From the NCBI GenBank assembly GCA_965237955.1, contig OZ250169.1:7104001-7168000 (forward strand): 64,000 bases of DNA. Reading direction: 5' to 3'. The number at the start of each line of letters is the position of its first letter. Position 1 is the stretch's first letter. A program made the position numbers and the translations under genes. Positions 59,509 through 64,000 of this stretch are shown here, piece after piece. Under the pieces are notes generated by a model. The model did no database searches and was not told the origin of the DNA. It worked only from the letters and a program-made list of their open reading frames with translations. The DNA comes from Candidatus Marinacidobacterales bacterium. GTDB lineage: Bacteria; Acidobacteriota; Vicinamibacteria; Marinacidobacterales; SMYC01.

Positions 59509-60332
59509 AGGCGAGCACAATATCGCGACGTGAGCAGATCCGTACGATGCTGGCCGACCTAAAGATGCCTGGCGCGCTCGAAGCTGTCGACCGCGTACTA
59601 TCTGATGCCGATGGCGGTGCGGTCACAACGGCGGAGGCCATCGAGAACCTTCTTGGAGCGCAGATCACGTTGAGAAACAACCGTCGTCTCCAAGCGGCGA
59701 TGCGCTCCTCACGACTCCCCGCGGTCAAAACAATCGATGAGTTCGATTTTTCGTTCCAGCCATCGATCAAACGCGAGCAGATTGAGAACCTTCACGAGCT
59801 CGGGTTCGTTGAACGTAAGGAGAACGTCGTCTTATTGGGACCTACTGGTGTGGGCAAAACTCATCTTGCCATCGCCGCTGCCCAGAATGGACGGCGCGTC
59901 TATTACGGCACCCTGGCTGAGCTCATCACCTCCCTCGAAGAGGCTCGTGACGCGGGCCGCCTCACTCGTCGACTCGCGGTTCTCAGTTATCCGTCACTGC
60001 TTGTTGTCGATGAAATCGGATACCTACCCGTCACCCAGACCGGCGCGGTGCTTTTTTTCCAGCTCATAAGTAGGCGATACGAGCGCGCTTCGACCGTGCT
60101 CACCTCTAACAAAAGTTTCGAGGAATGGGGCGAGATCCTTGGCGACGAAGTCATGGCCGCCGCTCTCATCGACCGCATTCTGCACCACTGCCACCTCGTC
60201 AACATCCGAGGAAACAGTTACCGCATGAGAGAGCACTCCGAACTGTGGCGAGCGCTCCATCCGGCGGGTTCGGACGAACCTCACCCGCCGGCTAAATCTC
60301 ATAGGAAATACACGGAGGCGACAGCGTCATAG
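59505..60332 (+). CDS. istB: IS21 helper ATPase
   Basis: GPTGVGKTHLA, LLVVDEIGYLP, LTSN, AALIDRILHH, GNSYR. Confidence 0.95.
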   Translation: MKASTISRREQIRTMLADLKMPGALEAVDRVLSDADGGAVTTAEAIENLLGAQITLRNNRRLQAAMRSSRLPAVKTIDEFDFSFQPSIKREQIENLHELGFVERKENVVLLGPTGVGKTHLAIAAAQNGRRVYYGTLAELITSLEEARDAGRLTRRLAVLSYPSLLVVDEIGYLPVTQTGAVLFFQLISRRYERASTVLTSNKSFEEWGEILGDEVMAAALIDRILHHCHLVNIRGNSYRMREHSELWRALHPAGSDEPHPPAKSHRKYTEATAS

Positions 60333-61269
60333 GGTTCGCCACCCATGGCTCGGGTGTGCAATTTTCATCCGCCATGAATGCGCAGTTTTCAGCCGGCGTT
60401 GACAAGCTAAAGCGATGCGGCGGAGCGGCTTGTCTTGCGGTCTGAATTGAGGCACCAAAAGGGTACGTTTCTGCTTGCGGGAAAGGAGGACGACAAACTT
60501 GGAATCTGTGGGGTTCGGGCCAACGGCCGCGATAACATCTGTAAACGAGGATCTGCAACGACGATCGTGTTTCGAGGTATTCTCACTGACGGGCTTCGAG
60601 GAGGAGGCGAACGACCCCCGAGGTCGAATCCGCTTCCGGAGCCGATCCGAATCAAGGGAACCCGATCGTCTACACAGTTGCCTTTGGCAACGTCGAGCAT
60701 ACACGGTTGTCACCTGATACGATCTGGGGCGGTTATCGCCGCTCTCGCCTCCAAACACATCATCCCCTAATGGAACTTATGACTTCGGCGATCCGATGGC
60801 CGGAAGCCGCATCGACTAGGTTTTTCGCACGAGAGGGGCCTGTGAACCAGTACCCAAACAAGAATCAGTGCGACATTTCCTCCGCGAGAGTCCGTTGCTC
60901 CCTCGTGAGAAACCCGTCCAGGTGAATACTTGTTTCCGTGTATATATCTTTGCCGGATTCGGTCGAAGCTGCGCGGCTCACCCAGTAGTAAGCTTTGACG
61001 AAATCAGTCGGCGAGTCGGGCCGATCGGACAGAAACGACAGCCCCAAGCGAAACCATGCGTCTGGGTCATTACCCTCAGCCAATTCGAGCAGCTCCTGAT
61101 GCGGCGGAAGGCCCAATGCCGGTTCTGAGGGACTCCATGGCTCCGAACGAATCCTCTTAACCACGACTACGAGCATCATTTTCACCTCGTCGCTTGCGTC
61201 CTCTGTTTCGGTTCAGCTGGAACATGACAGTCCTGAAGTTAAAATACGCACATGGAAAAAGGAGCTGTC

Positions 61270-61602
61270 ATGAGCAAAGGTCGTCGTCGTCACACTGCGG
61301 AGCAAAAGGCAGAGCTGTTGCGCCAGCACGTTGCCGAGAAAAAGCCGGTCTCGGAGGTATGCAACGAGGCAGAAATCCAGCCGAGCCTGTTCTACACATG
61401 GCAAAGGGAGCTATTGGCTGGAGCCCATACGGTGTTTTCGTTCCGTCGTGCGCCGAGCCGTGAGAAGGAGCTAAAGGAGAAGCTCTCCCGTCTCGAGGCG
61501 AAGGTGGCCCGTAAGGATCAGATCATCGCTGAGGTGACCGAAGAGTACGTGACACTCAAAAAAAACTTGGGGAAGCCTGAGTGGTGCCTGGATTCCCCAT
61601 GA
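61270..61602 (+). CDS. IS3 transposase OrfA
   Basis: RRRHTAEQKAELL..VSEVCNE..FYTWQ; A8 slippery run at 61558-61565. Confidence 0.9.
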   Translation: MSKGRRRHTAEQKAELLRQHVAEKKPVSEVCNEAEIQPSLFYTWQRELLAGAHTVFSFRRAPSREKELKEKLSRLEAKVARKDQIIAEVTEEYVTLKKNLGKPEWCLDSP

Positions 61603-61627
61603 CCGTCGTGACGAGGTTGTCGACTTC

Positions 61628-62542
61628 GTGAACACAATCGCCACCAAGACCCAGCTTCCGGTCCAGCAGATCGTTCAGTGGTGCGGGATCGCTCGGGGCA
61701 AGTTCTACGACTGGCGCAAGCGGTACGGGAAGGTGAATGAGCACAACGGCCTGGTGCCGCGGGATCACTGGATCGAAGAATGGGAGCGCCAGTCCGTGAT
61801 CGACTACTTCGACTGCCACCCACTGGACGGGTATCGCCGACTCACGTTCATGATGCTGGACGAAGACGTGGTGGCAGTTAGCCCCTCGACGACGTACCGG
61901 GTGTTGTCGAAGGCGGGTCGTCTGGACCGTTGGAACCCGAAGCCGTCGAAGAAGGGAACGGGCTTCGTTCAGCCGCTGCGAGCGCACCAGCACTGGCACA
62001 CGGATATCTCGTACTTGAACCTGGGTGGGACGTTCTACTACCTCTGCTCGTTTCTGGATGGTGCGAGCCGCGCGGTGGTTCACTGGGAGATTCGTGAGTC
62101 GATGACGGAAGCGGATGTGGAGTGCATCTTGGAGCGAGCAAAGGAGCGGTACCCCGATGCGCGGCCTCGAATCATCTCGGACAACGGTCCGCAGTACATC
62201 GCGAAGGACTTCAAGGCATTCATCCGCATCTCAGGGATGACGCACGTGAGGACCGCGCCGTACTACCCGCAATCGAACGGGAAGATCGAGCGTTGGCACA
62301 AGACGATAAAATCGGACGCCCTGCGTCCTGCCAGCCCCACGAGCCTCGAAGAGGCTCGCCGCTTGATGGAACGATTCGTCGAATATTACAACGGGGTTCG
62401 CCTGCACAGCGCGATCGGCTACATTGCGCCGCTGGACTTCATGGATGGCAAGGCCACCCAGATCTGGTCGGAGCGAGACCGCAAACTCGAGCAGGCTCGG
62501 AAGCTGCGGCGTGAGCGCCGTGCGAACAAGGTGCCCGCATGA
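61628..62542 (+). CDS. IS3 transposase OrfB
   Basis: WHTDISY, LDGASR, SDNGPQY, PQSNGKIERWHKT, RLHSAIGY. Confidence 0.93.
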   Translation: MNTIATKTQLPVQQIVQWCGIARGKFYDWRKRYGKVNEHNGLVPRDHWIEEWERQSVIDYFDCHPLDGYRRLTFMMLDEDVVAVSPSTTYRVLSKAGRLDRWNPKPSKKGTGFVQPLRAHQHWHTDISYLNLGGTFYYLCSFLDGASRAVVHWEIRESMTEADVECILERAKERYPDARPRIISDNGPQYIAKDFKAFIRISGMTHVRTAPYYPQSNGKIERWHKTIKSDALRPASPTSLEEARRLMERFVEYYNGVRLHSAIGYIAPLDFMDGKATQIWSERDRKLEQARKLRRERRANKVPA

Positions 62543-62971
62543 ACACTCTGATCCCAGGAGCCCCACTCCGTTCCCTCTCGCCCACAAGCATTGAGTACCA
62601 GAGAGCGCAGGGGGCGTCAAGGGCGGCGAAGCCGGCGCGCGCAGCGCGCTTTACCCTTGACGCCCCCGAGCACTCTGGTACGATCCCTGGGGCGATAGGG
62701 GACATCCTGCCGCCGGGCGTTGCGTTAACGTCCAACCTCGCTGTCATCTTCACGCTGAACCAATACACCTCCTCTACCCAGTCAAGCTCATACTCTTCCA
62801 AGAATATGACTCGGTGCGATCCGTTCACGCTTTCAATGGATCCCACGTTACTAAACAAGGCGTCCATACGTTGGCTGAGGCGTTCGCGCTCTTCTGCGCT
62901 TTCAACAGGCCAAGACATGAATGCCACGCCAATTTGCGTGCGGTCAACCTCGAAATCGTCGCTTGCTTTTT

Positions 62972-64000
62972 GGCCTCTCCTGCCATTTCAGTGGATCCTC
63001 TCGAGGGTGAGACCGCCACAGTTTAGGTAGACGAGACTGATGAGAGCTTCGGCAGAGTGGAGTCCAAAGCTGCGGTGGCTCAGCAGCCGGATTTTGTTGT
63101 TCATTCCTTCGAGTCGGCCGTTGCTGAGTCTCCACGTGACCCACGCGATGACGCCATCGAAGTGGCTGCGGATCATCTTCGCCGCGCGTTTGACGGGCTC
63201 TATCCTCGAGCTCATAGCGCGCCGCAGCCATCCTCGGAGAAACTTCTTGGCCCATGTCTCGGTTTTGTAGGTGTAGAGGTCCATGAAGTCGTCGCGCAGA
63301 AGCATGGCGCGGTAGAGGCGACGATTAGCTCGCACCTGCTCGCGGAGCACCCGTTTGTCTTTCGCGCTGCGGTTGTGTTTGGCCTTGAGAAGGGGAAACT
63401 TGGTGTTCTTGAGGTTGCGCCGGGCAGTCCCTTTGAGCTCGCGCACCAGCTCGCGCCGGGTCTTATCCACGGCCTCGTTCAGATGCTTGACGATGTGGAA
63501 GCGGTCAAAGATCACCCGTGCCTGAGGAGCCTTTTTGCCGACGACAGTTATGTACGGCTCCCACATGTCCATGCTGACCGCTTCGAGCTCCGCGGCTCTT
63601 TGTGGTCCGAGCTTGCGGAAAAACCGCAGCAGCGTCTTGGCCTTGCGCTCCTTTCCCGCCCAGACGACCCGGCCGCTGAGATGGTCTATTACCACTGTTA
63701 AGTACTTGTGGCGTTTGCGGTAGCTGATCTCGTCCATCCCAATCACCCGCAATCCATCGAGCTCGCGCCGCTCATCCCGCTGCTCGGCAACCACTCGCTG
63801 GATGATCCGTCGCACCGAACGCCACGTCACTCGGAAATAGTTCGCTACGGCGCTGACGTCCGTCCTCTGTGCCAGCCACGCTACCTCTTGTTCGAAGCTT
63901 TTGGTAAAGCGGCTTCCCTTGTCTGCCCAAGGCACCTTTTCTCTGACCACTCCACACCGCCGACATACCACTCGTCGGATCGAGTAGCGAAGATAGGTCC
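62972..64000 (-). mobile_element. ISL3-family element, partial (transposase 62988..>64000)
   Basis: C..CG..EKVPWA, IGMDEISYRKRHKYLTVVID, VSMDMW, FDRFH, SNGRLEGMNNKI; end GGCCTCTCC.. next to an AT-rich flank. Confidence 0.92.

Larger units (their letters stand above)
58316..60404 (+). mobile_element. IS21-family element
   Basis: TGTTAGCGGCGG...CCGGCGTTGACA ends with internal repeats AAATTGCACAC; target duplication AGCTA (58311-58315, 60405-60409). Confidence 0.95.
61204..62767 (+). mobile_element. IS3-family element
   Basis: TGTTTCGGTTCAGCTGGAACATGACAG / CTGTCATCTTCACGCTGAACCAATACA; target duplication CCTC. Confidence 0.95.
60865..62971 (-). pseudogene. Sel1-like repeat protein interrupted by IS3 and truncated by ISL3
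   Basis: Removing IS3 and one CCTC joins ...ELDWVEE to DASDEVKMML...LAEGNDPDAWFRLGL..DFVKAYYWVSRAA..LTREQRTLAEE* in frame. The frame stays open up to the ISL3 end. Confidence 0.75.

Noticed and set aside
58190-60860. Cassette gene interrupted by IS21
   Set aside because: After removing IS21 and one AGCTA, no frame on either strand gave a convincing protein; left unannotated.

Overview
GC-rich bacterial chromosome segment, probably Acidobacteriota (Vicinamibacteria-like). That placement is inferred from the expanded Ser/Thr kinase + TolB-repeat genes and a PEP-CTERM protein. Intact genes include frc, an ABC efflux operon, a CoA-transferase/HMG-CoA lyase pair, addBA, a GGDEF-PilZ cyclase and a Phd/VapC toxin-antitoxin pair. 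They are mixed with more than a dozen deletion-scarred gene remnants and six IS elements (2x IS1182, 2x IS3, IS21, partial ISL3). The most striking structure is a family of DUF222-like HNH endonuclease genes that carry ~20-bp palindromes inside the ORF, at its 3' end and upstream. Both IS1182 copies have inserted at the same register of these palindromes. Also present: several small inverted-repeat elements (one nested in another), a solitary integron attC-like site, and an AddA whose nuclease domain looks dead. No rRNA, tRNA or CRISPR array was seen. All family assignments come from motif recognition by eye, not from database searches.
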